Below, in pieces: positions 36,410-49,008 of a DNA stretch of 64,000 nt. The stretch is from contig JBGAML010000001.1 of NCBI GenBank assembly GCA_044223005.1, positions 352,001 to 416,000 of the forward strand, given 5' to 3'. Within the stretch, counting starts at the first letter, position 1; each line of letters starts with the position of its first letter. The translations under genes were made by a program, and so were the position numbers. Under the pieces are notes generated by a model. That model was given only the letters and a program-made list of their open reading frames with translations, searched no databases and was not told where the DNA came from. Source of the stretch: Candidatus Eiseniibacteriota bacterium. GTDB lineage: Bacteria; Eisenbacteria; RBG-16-71-46.

Positions 36410-38209
36410 ATGCCGCGCCCCACTCGTAAACGCTCCCTCGAGGCCCGACGCTCCCCCCGCCCCATGCGCGCGTCCGCGGGCGCGCCGACGCTGCGCCCGC
36501 GCCCGCTCGAGCCGCCGGCGGAACCGCTGCCGGGTTCCAACCTGCCCGCCGAGGTCGCGCGCCAGTCGCAGCGCGAGATGGACCGGCTGCGCCGGTTGCC
36601 GTCCGGGTCGATCGAGGCCGGCCAGGTCCGCCAGTACCTGCAGTGGCTGTGGGCGCTGCCGTGGGACACCACCGTGTCCGAGGACGCCGACCTCGGCGCC
36701 GTCCAGGGCGTGCTCGAGCGCGAGCACCTCGGGCTGGCGCGCGCCAAGGAGCGCGTCGTCGAGTTCCTCGCCGTGCGCCAGCTGAAGCCCGACCTGCCGG
36801 GCCCCGCGCTCTGCCTCGTGGGCCCGCCCGGCACGGGCAAGTCCTCGCTGGGCGCCGCGATCGCGCACGCGCTCGACCGGCCGTTCGCGCGCATCAGCGT
36901 GTCCGGCACCGCCGGCGCCGCCGATCTCGTCGGCACGTCGCGCAGCGTTCCGGGCGCACAGCCCGGCAAGATCGTCCGCGCGCTGCGCGAGACCGGCGTG
37001 CGCAACCCCGTGTTCATGATCGACGGCATCGACCGGCTCGCCGGAGAAGACGGCCTCGGCGTGATGGAGGCGCTGCTCGAGCTGCTCGACCCGGAGTCGT
37101 GCTCGCACTTCACCGACCACTACCTCGGGATCCCGATCGACCTCTCGCACGCGATCTTCCTGCTGTGCGCGAACCACCTCGAGCTGGTGCCCGATCCGCT
37201 GCAGGAGCGGATCGAGGTGATCGAGGTGCACGGCTACTCCGAGGACGAGAAGATCGAGATCGCGCGCCGCTTCCTGGTGCCGCGCCTCGTCGGTGACCAC
37301 GGCCTGGCCGCGCGCGACGTGTCGCTACCCGACGACACGCTGCGCGCCATGATCCGCCACTGGACGCTCGAGGCCGGCGTGCGCGGGCTCTCGCGCCAGA
37401 TCGCGACCGTGTGCCGCAAGGTGGCGCATGCGCGCGTGACCGGCGACGGGCGGCGCCACACGGTGTCGGTCGCGAAGCTCGACGACTACCTCGGCAGCCG
37501 GCTCTACCAGCCGGAGATGGCGGGCAAGTCGGACGAGGTCGGCGTGGCCATGGGCCTCGCGTGGACGGCGGCCGGCGGCGAGATCCTCGTGATCGAAGCG
37601 CTGCGCATGCCGGGCAGCGGCCGCGTGACGCTGACGGGCCAGCTGGGCGAGGTGATGAAGGAGTCGGTGCAGGCGGCGCATTCGTACGTGCGCTCGCGCG
37701 CCGAGTCGCTCGACATCGAGCCCGCCATCTTCGAGCAGTTCGACATCCACATCCACTTCCCCGCGGGCGGCGTGCCCAAGGACGGCCCCTCGGCGGGCAT
37801 CACCGTCGGGCTCGTGATCGCATCGGTGCTGAGCGACCGGCCGATTCGCCACGACGTGGCGATGACGGGCGAGGTGAGCCTGCGCGGCAAGGTGCTGGTC
37901 GTGGGCGGCCTGCGCGAGAAGGCGCTGGCGGCGTACCGCGCCGGGATCCGGCGGCTGATCTTCCCCGCCGTGAACTTGAAGGACGTGCACGAGGTGCCGG
38001 AGGACGTCCGCGCGCGGCTGGAGCTGATCCCCGTCGAGACCATGGACGAGGTCTTCGAGCTGGCGCTCTCGCACGTGATCGTGCCGCAGCGCGTGGGCTC
38101 GGGCTTCCTGATCCTCGCCGAGGAGCCGGAGTCCGAGGACGCCGACACGACGACGCTGCACCCGGTCGGCCGCCGCACGCCGGTGCAGGACGAGGACGAC
38201 GAGGAGTAG
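36410..38209 (+). CDS. Lon-like protease (S16) lacking the N-terminal domain, with degenerate AAA+ motifs
   Basis: H.GL...KERV.E.LAV, GPPGTGKS, Walker B MIDGID, PKDGPSAG, AMTGE, GGLREK. Confidence 0.85.
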   Translation: MPRPTRKRSLEARRSPRPMRASAGAPTLRPRPLEPPAEPLPGSNLPAEVARQSQREMDRLRRLPSGSIEAGQVRQYLQWLWALPWDTTVSEDADLGAVQGVLEREHLGLARAKERVVEFLAVRQLKPDLPGPALCLVGPPGTGKSSLGAAIAHALDRPFARISVSGTAGAADLVGTSRSVPGAQPGKIVRALRETGVRNPVFMIDGIDRLAGEDGLGVMEALLELLDPESCSHFTDHYLGIPIDLSHAIFLLCANHLELVPDPLQERIEVIEVHGYSEDEKIEIARRFLVPRLVGDHGLAARDVSLPDDTLRAMIRHWTLEAGVRGLSRQIATVCRKVAHARVTGDGRRHTVSVAKLDDYLGSRLYQPEMAGKSDEVGVAMGLAWTAAGGEILVIEALRMPGSGRVTLTGQLGEVMKESVQAAHSYVRSRAESLDIEPAIFEQFDIHIHFPAGGVPKDGPSAGITVGLVIASVLSDRPIRHDVAMTGEVSLRGKVLVVGGLREKALAAYRAGIRRLIFPAVNLKDVHEVPEDVRARLELIPVETMDEVFELALSHVIVPQRVGSGFLILAEEPESEDADTTTLHPVGRRTPVQDEDDEE

Positions 38210-38236
38210 GGCGGTGGGCGCGCCGCGGCGCGCCGC

Positions 38237-38617
38237 TTACCGCGCCTCGACGTCCTCGTCGCGCACGAAGCCGCCGCGCTCGAGCGCCGCGAGGTAGTCG
38301 GCGAGGATCGCGATCGCGTCGTCGGCCTGCGCGCCGGGGACCACGATCTCGCCCCACGCGGTGGTCGACCAGTCGCGCGGGATCGCGCCGTAGACCGCCA
38401 GCGTCGCGCTGCGCAGCACCGCGGCGATGCCCTGGTGTTCGAGCACGCCCGTGAGGAGCGCACCGCTGGCCGCATCGGGCACGCGGTGCACGATCACGGG
38501 CACGCCCTCGGGCAGCGGCGGCCGCTCGACCAGCACCACGCGGCACCAGCGGCACGCGACGTAGCCCGCGGCGTACGCCGCGCCGCACTCGGGGCACCAG
38601 CGCGCGGGCGCGTTCAC
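38237..38617 (-). CDS. Zinc-ribbon + DUF2007-like protein
   Basis: GTG overlapping upstream stop; WCPECG...C.WC; L..GI....EI.V. Confidence 0.7.
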   Translation of the reverse strand: MNAPARWCPECGAAYAAGYVACRWCRVVLVERPPLPEGVPVIVHRVPDAASGALLTGVLEHQGIAAVLRSATLAVYGAIPRDWSTTAWGEIVVPGAQADDAIAILADYLAALERGGFVRDEDVEAR

Positions 38618-39813
38618 GCGCGCGCTCCCGCGACCGCGGTCGCGATCCGGCGCACGGCCTCGGCGAGATCCGCCGCGCTCGCGGCGATCGACAGCCGCAC
38701 GTGCCCCGCGTGCGCGGGCCCGAACGCCGTGCCGGGCAGCACCGCGACGCCGTGCGCGAGCCAGCGCTCGACCAGCGCCCACGTGTCGCCGCCCTCGAGC
38801 GCACCGCTCACGTCCGGAAACGCATAGAACGCCCCGCGGGGCCGCGCGCAGGGCACGCCCGCGGCCGCGAGGCCGGCGAGCAGCGCCTGGCGGCGCTCGT
38901 CGTACGAGCGGCGCATCGCGTCGACGGCGTCCTGCGGACCGGTGACCGCCGCGAGCGCGGCCGCCTGCACGGCGGCGAACTGGCCGTGCGTCGTGTAGAA
39001 CGAGAGCCGCGGACCCATCGCGGCGCGCAGCGACGGCGGGGCGTGCACGTAGCCGACGCGCCAGCCGGTCATCGCGTAGCTCTTGGAGAACGTGTAGGTG
39101 GACACCGTGCGCGCGGCCATGCCGGGCAACGACCCGATCGACACGTGCGCGGCGCCGTCGTACAGCAGGTGTTCGTACGCCTCGTCGGCGATCACCCACA
39201 GGTCGCGCTCGATCGCGACGTCGGCGATCGCGGCGAGCATCGCACGCTCGAGCACGACACCCGTCGGGTTGTTGGGCGTATTCAGGTACAGCGCGCGCGT
39301 GCGCGGCCCGATCGCCTCACGCAGCGCGTTCGCCAGCGCCGCGGGCGCCGTCGTGCCCGCACCGATCCCGAGGTACGCCGGGACCGCGCGGATCGTCGCC
39401 CCGTCGACGAACGACACCAGGTTCGGGATCGCCATCCAGTAGGGCGAGAGCACCAGCAGCTCGTCCCCCGGCGCGAGCAGCGCCTGCATCGTGAGGAAGA
39501 GCCCATGCGTGCCGCCGATCGTGACGGTGACGTCGTCGGGATGCGCCTCGAGCCGGTTCTCGCGCGCGAGCTTGGCGGCGAGGGCTTCGCGCAGCGCGAG
39601 CGTGCCGCGCGGATCGGGATAATGGTGCGTGCGCGGATCGGCGGCCGCACGCGCGAGCGCCTCGACCACGTGCGGCGGCGTGTCGAAGTCGGGTTCGCCG
39701 CGCTCCAGGTGGCAGACGCGTTCGCCGGCGAGCTCGCGCTCGCGCGCGGCGGCCATGACGCGGCCGAGCTCGGAAGAATCGCGCAGGATGGGTCGGTCGG
39801 CGGCTCGGGGCAT
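38614..39813 (-). CDS. PLP-dependent aminotransferase class I/II (aspartate aminotransferase-like)
   Basis: GEPDFDTP, NTPNNPTG, DEAY, SKSYAMTGWRVG, GAFY. Confidence 0.92.
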   Translation of the reverse strand: MPRAADRPILRDSSELGRVMAAARERELAGERVCHLERGEPDFDTPPHVVEALARAAADPRTHHYPDPRGTLALREALAAKLARENRLEAHPDDVTVTIGGTHGLFLTMQALLAPGDELLVLSPYWMAIPNLVSFVDGATIRAVPAYLGIGAGTTAPAALANALREAIGPRTRALYLNTPNNPTGVVLERAMLAAIADVAIERDLWVIADEAYEHLLYDGAAHVSIGSLPGMAARTVSTYTFSKSYAMTGWRVGYVHAPPSLRAAMGPRLSFYTTHGQFAAVQAAALAAVTGPQDAVDAMRRSYDERRQALLAGLAAAGVPCARPRGAFYAFPDVSGALEGGDTWALVERWLAHGVAVLPGTAFGPAHAGHVRLSIAASAADLAEAVRRIATAVAGARA

Positions 39814-39975
39814 GACGGTCCTTTGGTGTCGACGGCGCGGCCTCGGGATCGCGTGGCCACTCTAGCCCGTGGCGTTCGGGCCCGGCCAGTCCCGTGTGCG
39901 AACGCGCTCGCGGACGCGACGGCCCGGCGCGAGTGGACCCCGATCCGGCAGTGCGTGCAGATCGCAGTGCGAATC

Positions 39976-39991
39976 CGGCACGGGCATTGCC
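39976..39991 (+). promoter_or_regulatory. Putative sigma54 -24/-12 promoter
   Basis: CGGCACGGGCATTGCC, 50 nt upstream of the GAF gene. Confidence 0.55.
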
Positions 39992-40041
39992 CCCGGGGGC
40001 GGGCCCTTCGCTTCGCTCACCTGTTTCCGGGGGATCACGAC

Positions 40042-41388
40042 GTGTTCCGATATCCGCTGCGTGACATCGCGGGCAGCCTCGCCGGCGCGCCCGACCTCGA
40101 GTCCGGTCTCGAGGCGCTCCTGCTCTATCTCCGTGCGCTGCAGCCGGATTGGCATCCGTCGGTGGCCATGTACTCGGCCGAGCACGAGCGTTTCGAGGTC
40201 GTCTTCCAGCTCGACAAGAAGAACCTGCACCGCCGCGCCGTCTCCGTCGGCGTCGACCAGCTGCCGGCCAGGCTCGTGCGAAAGTTCATCCAGCCCAGTG
40301 CAATTTTCAACGGCGACGCCCGCCGGCAGCTGCTCGAGAAGCTGTTCGGGCAGAGCCCGGGTTACGAGCCGGACAATTTCGAGGGCGAGCAGCTGCAGGC
40401 CCTGACGGCCCCCGTCGGCTGGCGTTCGTGCGCCGTCCTGCCGCTCAACGACCGCGACGAACTGCTCGGCTTCATCCTGCTCGTGAGCCCGCGCCCGAAC
40501 GCGTTCGGGCCGAACGCGCTCGAGGCGCTGCAGCCGCTGCGCGGCCTGGCGTCGCTGGCGATCGCGCGCCGGCTGCACGCCGGCGGCCGCGCGACGCCGG
40601 AATCGCGCGCCAACGTCGAGGCGTCCAAGCGCGCCGTGCAGGCGGCGCAGGAGCGCGTGCGCGAGCTCGAAGCGGCGCTCGAGCGCGCGATCGCCGAGAG
40701 CGAGGCCCGCGGCGCGACCGTGCAGGCGCTGATGCGCCAGGTCGAGCAGCTGCGCACCGAATCGGTCACGCACCACGACGAGTCGGTGCGCCTCAACCGC
40801 CAGACGGCCGCGCTCGAGGAGCAGATCGGCGCGATCGGCACGCACCTGTCCGAGGCCTGTGCGCTGATCGCGACCACCGAGGCGCGTGCCGCCGACATGT
40901 CCGAGACGCTGACGATCGTGCGCGAGGCGTTCGAGGTGATCGCGTGCGACCCGGACCCCGCGCAGATCACGCGCGCGTTCGTGACGTGGTTCTGCGACCG
41001 CTTCCAGATCGAGCGCCTCACCGTGATGCGTCTCGACGACCAGGCGGGCGACCTGCGCATCATGGCCGGCCGCGGCGTCGATCCGGCCGTCCTGCAGCGC
41101 GTGCGGGTGCCCATGGGTCAGGGCGTGGCCGGCTGGGTGGCCCGGAACCAGCAGCCGGTGCTCGTGCGCGAAGGCGACACGTCGCCGGCCGTGCGGGCGA
41201 CGGGCTGCGATTCCTACAACTCGGGCTCGTTCATCTCGGTGCCGCTGCTCCACCGGCAGCGGGTCGTCGGCGTGCTCAACCTGAGCAACAAGCAGCACGG
41301 CGAGACGTTCGACGACCTCGACCTCGATCGCGCCACCCTCGCGAGCAACGTGCTCGCCATGGCGCTGGGCGAGGCCCGCGCCGCCTGA
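40042..41388 (+). CDS. GAF-coiled coil-GAF protein with no output domain
   Basis: C-terminal GAF (G.GVAGWVA....P...SFISVPL......GVLNL.NK....F...D); central heptad region; N-terminal GAF-like domain. Confidence 0.75.
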   Translation: MFRYPLRDIAGSLAGAPDLESGLEALLLYLRALQPDWHPSVAMYSAEHERFEVVFQLDKKNLHRRAVSVGVDQLPARLVRKFIQPSAIFNGDARRQLLEKLFGQSPGYEPDNFEGEQLQALTAPVGWRSCAVLPLNDRDELLGFILLVSPRPNAFGPNALEALQPLRGLASLAIARRLHAGGRATPESRANVEASKRAVQAAQERVRELEAALERAIAESEARGATVQALMRQVEQLRTESVTHHDESVRLNRQTAALEEQIGAIGTHLSEACALIATTEARAADMSETLTIVREAFEVIACDPDPAQITRAFVTWFCDRFQIERLTVMRLDDQAGDLRIMAGRGVDPAVLQRVRVPMGQGVAGWVARNQQPVLVREGDTSPAVRATGCDSYNSGSFISVPLLHRQRVVGVLNLSNKQHGETFDDLDLDRATLASNVLAMALGEARAA

Positions 41389-41403
41389 TCGCGACTCCGT
41401 AGC

Positions 41404-41448
41404 GCACGACGCCCCGCGCGGCCGGTCCGCGCGGGGCGTCGTGTTTTC
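41404..41448. terminator. Hairpin terminator between convergent genes
   Basis: cacgacgccccgcgcgg-ccggt-ccgcgcggggcgtcgtg followed by tttt. Confidence 0.75.
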
Positions 41449-41457
41449 GGGGCGCGC

Positions 41458-44124
<2,667 letters not shown>

Positions 44125-44294
44125 GAGGGACTCCGGGGGAATGCAGGGGACACGCACCGGCGGAGGCGCAACTCCGGCGGCGCGGGGGACTCGAACGATC
44201 CCCGGAGTTTCGGATCGTCCGCCGGGGCCTGAAGAGGGGGGCCGCGTCGCGCGCCCGCAGGCGCCGCAAATGCCGGGAAGTGCGTCGCGCCGCG

Positions 44295-44798
44295 TCAGCG
44301 GCGCGCGAGCAGGTCCGCCAGCGCCTGGCGATGCGCCTCGAACGCGATGTCCGCGGGCGGCGCGTGGAGCGGGAACCAGTCGGCCTCGATCGCATCGTCC
44401 CCCGGCGCCAGCGTCCCGCCTACCTGCTCGGCGCGGTAGAGGATCAGGATCGCGCGCACGCGCGGATCGTCGAAGCCCGCATAGACGTGGAACAGGCTCG
44501 TGAGCCGCACCTGCAGCCCGGTCTCCTCGAGCGTCTCGCGGATCGCGGACTCCTCGGGCGTCTCTCCCGCTTCCATGAAGCCGGCCGGGATGCACCACGA
44601 GCCGGCGCGGGGATCGAACTTGCGGCGCACGAGCAGCACGTGGCCGTCGCGCTCGAGCAGCACGCCGGCGGCCGGCACGGGGTTGCGGTACCAGATGAAG
44701 CCGCAGGCCGGGCACGTGGGCCGCAGGATGCCGTGCTCGGGCACGGGCGCGAGCGGGGTCGCGCAGCGCGGGCAGTAGTTGGGCTCGAGGAGGGACAT
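44295..44798 (-). CDS. NUDIX hydrolase with N-terminal zinc ribbon
   Basis: CPRC...CPAC; GFMEAGETPEESAIRETLEETGL Nudix box. Confidence 0.92.
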   Translation of the reverse strand: MSLLEPNYCPRCATPLAPVPEHGILRPTCPACGFIWYRNPVPAAGVLLERDGHVLLVRRKFDPRAGSWCIPAGFMEAGETPEESAIRETLEETGLQVRLTSLFHVYAGFDDPRVRAILILYRAEQVGGTLAPGDDAIEADWFPLHAPPADIAFEAHRQALADLLARR

Positions 44799-45022
44799 GG
44801 AACGCGCAGCTTATCGCGGCCGCGGCGCGGCGAGAAACGGCACGACGCCCGGTGGCTCTTCGCCACCGGGCGTCGCGCATTCACGGCCGCATCGTCGGGG
44901 ACGCCGCGCTGCACCTTCCCGCCGCAGACTTCGCCCCATGCTTCACCTTTCGGTGACGGCGGGTCGGACGACGCCCCCGGATGCGACCGTGATCGGTGCC
45001 CCAACCGTTCTACACGTCAGGG

Positions 45023-46144
45023 TCACTCGTGGTTCCGTTCCTCCAGCTGATGACGCAGATCGCGCAGCTGTTGGCGGAGTTCGTCGACCTGCTGGCGCAG
45101 GTCGTCGCGGTCGGTTCCGCGGTCGTCGCGAAGCCGGCCCATGTTCCCCATGTCCCCCATGCGGCCCCAGGCCTGTCCGCCTTCGCCGCGGAGGGTCCGC
45201 GGCGCGGGCTCCAACTGGGCCTCGACCGTGCGTCGCGTTCCCCGGCGCGACACCGTCAGCGAGACCCGGCCCTCGACGTCACGGAGCGCCCCGACGAGAC
45301 CCTCCGCGTCCTTCACGTCGTGGCCGTCCACGGCCACGATCACGTCCCCGGCCTTGAGGCCGGCCTTCTCGGCGGGCGTGCCGTCCATCACCTGCAGCAC
45401 CAGCACGCCCTCCGAACCACTCGTCCCGAGCGCCGACGCGAGGTCGGGGTTCAGCGACTCGATGCGCACGCCCAGCCGGCCGCGGCCGGCGCCGAGCGTC
45501 ATGACGCGGATGTCCTTGCCCATGCCCGGCATGCCGTGGCGGAACTGCCGCATGTTCTGCAGGTCGGGCAGCATCTTCCGGACGTCGTCGGGCAGGTCGT
45601 CGAGATCCTGCCCGTCGTACTCGCGCGTCACGCCGTCGCGGCTGATGCGGATGCGCACGTCGCGCTTGTCCTTCGAATCGTCGTCGCCGGGCGCGCGCGG
45701 CGCACGCGGGGCGTGCGGCGAAGCCGGCGGCTCGGGCGGCGACATGTCCTCGTCGGCCGGACGCGTGCCGAGGCGCACGTTGAGCGAACGGCGCTCGCCG
45801 GCGTGCACGATCGCGAGCGCGACTTCGTCGCCCTCGCGCGAATCGCCGACCAGGTCGGCCAGCGCGGACGGCGATTCCACCGAGCGCGAGTTGTAGCGGA
45901 GGATCACGTCCCCCTTGCGCAGGCCGGCGCGATCGGCCGGCCCGTCGTCGATGACGCTGTTGACGAGCACGCCCTGGGCGTCGGGCAGGCCGAGACCGTC
46001 GCGCAGCTCGGGCGTCACCTGCTGGGTGATCACGCCCAGCCAGGGCTTCGCCTGCGCCGCCTGGGCGTGCATCAGGGTGGGCGGAATGGTCAGCGTGAGG
46101 GCGAGGAGCGGCAGCAGCACTCCGCGCGGAAGCGTGGAAACCAT
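45023..46144 (-). CDS. Secreted dual-PDZ protein (HtrA-type PDZ, no protease domain)
   Basis: PWLGV...GPADRAGLRKGDVI; RLGV...TPAEKAGLKAGDVI; C-terminal coiled coil. Confidence 0.85.
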   Translation of the reverse strand: MVSTLPRGVLLPLLALTLTIPPTLMHAQAAQAKPWLGVITQQVTPELRDGLGLPDAQGVLVNSVIDDGPADRAGLRKGDVILRYNSRSVESPSALADLVGDSREGDEVALAIVHAGERRSLNVRLGTRPADEDMSPPEPPASPHAPRAPRAPGDDDSKDKRDVRIRISRDGVTREYDGQDLDDLPDDVRKMLPDLQNMRQFRHGMPGMGKDIRVMTLGAGRGRLGVRIESLNPDLASALGTSGSEGVLVLQVMDGTPAEKAGLKAGDVIVAVDGHDVKDAEGLVGALRDVEGRVSLTVSRRGTRRTVEAQLEPAPRTLRGEGGQAWGRMGDMGNMGRLRDDRGTDRDDLRQQVDELRQQLRDLRHQLEERNHE

Positions 46145-46280
46145 GGACGACCTCCTGGGAACGTCGTTCGGATCCTGGGCGGGGATCGCGTCGTGTGCAC
46201 TGCTCAGACAGTCGAACGGCGCGAAAGGTTCCGTCACGTTTTCGTGCGGTCCTTTCGCGCCGTCCGGGGCGCTCGTCGGG

Positions 46281-47477
46281 CTAGCGGGCGCGGTGGTGGT
46301 CCAGCCTCCGGCGCAGGTCGGCCACCTCCCGGCGCAGGTCCTCGACCTGGCGGCGAAGGTCCTCCCGGGAGCCGGGAGGCGGGACGGGGTCGGGGTTCCC
46401 GAACGAGTGGGCGGGCGCCGCCGGATCGGCGAACAGGAGGGTTTCGAGCTTCGCCGCCCAGTCGGGGTCCGACGGCTGTTCGATGGCCCGGCTGTACGTG
46501 GTCTCCCGGAGCGCGATGCCCTGCCGGAGCCGCTCCATCATCAGCGAGTCGTGTTCCGCCTCCCACGCGCGCATCGGGTCGCGCGGCCGGGGCGCGAGCG
46601 CGGCCTCGAGGTCGCGCCGCTGCGCGCCGCGCCAGATCGTGAGCCGGGCACGCGTGTCGAGCGGATTGAGATGCCCGTCGAGCGCGTCCGGCGAATCGAT
46701 CTCGCGGCCGTCGACGGCGGCGATCACGTCGCCGGCGAGCAGCCCCGCGGCGGCGGCGCGGGAGCCGGGGATCACCGCCACGACGAGCGCGCCGTGCGCC
46801 TGCGCGGCACCGAGCCGCGCCGCCATCTCCGCCTCGAGCGGTACCGTGCGCACGCCGAGCCGCACGCGCGCCGACTGCGCGCCGACGATCGCCGCGCGAT
46901 ACCCCAGCGCGAACTCGCCACCCGTTTCCAGGATCGCGAGCGCGCGATCCAGCGTCGCGTCGTCGAGCGACGCCGGGTCGCCCACCCAGTCGCGCTCGGT
47001 GCCGTCCGGCTCGCGGAACCGCAGGCGCGCGACGCGCCCGTTCCCGGTGTTCCGGAACTCTGCGCCCGCGAGGTCTGTGCGCGGCGCGAACTCCCCGGTG
47101 GTCGGCCACGGCGCAAGCGTCGCCGTCAGCTCCCGGCGCTGTCCCGCGCGCAGCCGCGCGATCGCGACGGCGTCGCCTTCACGCGCCGCGGCGATCGCGC
47201 CGATCAGGTCGTGCGTCGTACCGACGTCCTTGCCTCGGAAGCGCAGGACGACGTCATCCTTCCGGAGTCCCGCGCGCTCGGCCGGGCCGCCGTCGATCAC
47301 ACGAACGACCCGCACGCCGCGCCCGGGCGCGAGCCCGAGGCTGTCGCGCTGCCGGCTCGAGAGCTCGGCGAGCTGCACGCCCAGCCACGGCCGCGCGACC
47401 GCGCGCGGGGGCGCCGCGGTGAGCGCGAGCATCGTCGCGAGGAGTGCGAACCCCGCCGCGTGGACCCGACGTCGCAT
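46281..47477 (-). CDS. Secreted dual-PDZ protein, paralog of 45023-46144
   Basis: PWLGV...GPAERAGLRKDDVV; RLGV...AAAAGLLAGDVI; DLRRQVEDLRRE coiled coil. Confidence 0.8.
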   Translation of the reverse strand: MRRRVHAAGFALLATMLALTAAPPRAVARPWLGVQLAELSSRQRDSLGLAPGRGVRVVRVIDGGPAERAGLRKDDVVLRFRGKDVGTTHDLIGAIAAAREGDAVAIARLRAGQRRELTATLAPWPTTGEFAPRTDLAGAEFRNTGNGRVARLRFREPDGTERDWVGDPASLDDATLDRALAILETGGEFALGYRAAIVGAQSARVRLGVRTVPLEAEMAARLGAAQAHGALVVAVIPGSRAAAAGLLAGDVIAAVDGREIDSPDALDGHLNPLDTRARLTIWRGAQRRDLEAALAPRPRDPMRAWEAEHDSLMMERLRQGIALRETTYSRAIEQPSDPDWAAKLETLLFADPAAPAHSFGNPDPVPPPGSREDLRRQVEDLRREVADLRRRLDHHRAR

Positions 47478-47615
47478 GGAAACCTCCTGTGCTAACTTGG
47501 GCACGATTTCCCGGTTCCGCGTCGGGGGACGGCCCTCAGGGTCTCACGAGACGCCCCGATCGCGCCCGGCCGTCGTTCTCCCACCCGCCGACACGCCCCC
47601 AATCTTGACGAGGCC

Positions 47616-48992
47616 ATGAAGCCCCGAGAGCCCCTGACGCTGGAGATCGAGGACCTCGCCCTGGGCGGCAAGGCCCTCGGGCGGCACGAAGGCCGTGTCG
47701 TGTTCGTGGACCGCGGCCTGCCCGGCGATCGTGTGATCGCGAGCCCCACCAAGGTCAAGCGCAGCTTCGCCGAAGCGCGCCTCGTCTCGATCGAGCGCCC
47801 CGCGCCGGGGCGGCTCGCGCCGAAGTGCGTGCACGTGGACCAGTGCGGCGGCTGCCGGCTGCAGGAACTGCCCTACGCCGAGCAGTGCCGGTTCAAGGAG
47901 AAGCAGGTCGCCGACACGCTGCGCCACCTGGGCGGCGTCGCCGCGCCGGTCGTGCACGCGCTCGTGCCCGCACCCGCGCCGTGGCACTACCGCAACAAGA
48001 TGGAGTTCAGCTTCATGCGCGCCGCCGACGGCGCGCCCGTGCTCGGCCTGCACGAGCGCGGCACGTTCGACCGCGTGTTCGAGCAGCGCGAGTGCTGGCT
48101 GGCTTCGCCGCTCACGCTCGAGATCGTGCGCCTCACGCAGTCCTTCGCGCGCGAGCACGGCTGGGTCGCCTACCACCCCGCGCGCCTCGACGGCGTCGCG
48201 CGCTTCCTGATGGTGCGCCACCTGCCGCTCACCGCCGAGTGCGCCGTGCACCTGATCGCATCCTCGGACCAGCTGCCGGGGCTCGCCGACTGGGCGCGCG
48301 CGGTGGCCGCGCTCTCGCCCGAGGTGAAGACGGTGACGCTGGGGATCAACGCCTCGCGCGCCAACGTCGCGGTGATGGAACGCGAGATCGTGCTCGCCGG
48401 CGGCGGCTCGATCGTCGAGAAGCTGCTCGGGCTCGAGTTCGAGGTCGTGGGCAACGCGTTCCTGCAGACCAACAGCGCGCAGGCCGAGACGCTCTACACG
48501 CTCGCGCTCGAGGCCGCCGCGCTGCAGGGCGACGAGACGGTGCTCGACCTCTACTGCGGCGCCGGCACGCTGACGCTGCTGTTCGCGCGCGCGGCGAAGA
48601 CGGCCGTGGGCGTCGAGACGGTGCCGGACGCGATCGATCGCGCGCGCCGCAATGCCGAGCGCAACGGCCTGCCGCACGTCCGCTTCGAGTGCGGCGAGGC
48701 GCGCCAGATCCTGCGCGAGTGGGCGCGCGGCGAGCGCGCCGGCGCGGTGAAGCCGGACGTGGTCGTGGTCGACCCGCCGCGCGCGGGGTTGCATCCGCGC
48801 GTCGTGGCGCGCTGCGCCGAACTCACTCCCCGGCGGATCGTCTACGTGTCCTGCAACCCGGCCACGCTGGCGCGGGACGTGAAGGACTTCGCCGCGCTGG
48901 GCTACGCGCTGCGCGACGTGACGCCGGTCGACATGTTCCCGCACACGCCGCACATCGAGTGCGTGGCCCGGCTGGAGCCCGCCGGGGCCTGA
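47616..48992 (+). CDS. rlmD: 23S rRNA (uracil1939-C5)-methyltransferase
   Basis: TRAM domain, C...CGGC, YRNKMEF, F.QTN, DLYCGAG, DPPRAG, YVSCNP, DMFPHT.H.E. Confidence 0.95.
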   Translation: MKPREPLTLEIEDLALGGKALGRHEGRVVFVDRGLPGDRVIASPTKVKRSFAEARLVSIERPAPGRLAPKCVHVDQCGGCRLQELPYAEQCRFKEKQVADTLRHLGGVAAPVVHALVPAPAPWHYRNKMEFSFMRAADGAPVLGLHERGTFDRVFEQRECWLASPLTLEIVRLTQSFAREHGWVAYHPARLDGVARFLMVRHLPLTAECAVHLIASSDQLPGLADWARAVAALSPEVKTVTLGINASRANVAVMEREIVLAGGGSIVEKLLGLEFEVVGNAFLQTNSAQAETLYTLALEAAALQGDETVLDLYCGAGTLTLLFARAAKTAVGVETVPDAIDRARRNAERNGLPHVRFECGEARQILREWARGERAGAVKPDVVVVDPPRAGLHPRVVARCAELTPRRIVYVSCNPATLARDVKDFAALGYALRDVTPVDMFPHTPHIECVARLEPAGA

Positions 48993-49008
48993 CGCACGCG
49001 CGGGCCCG

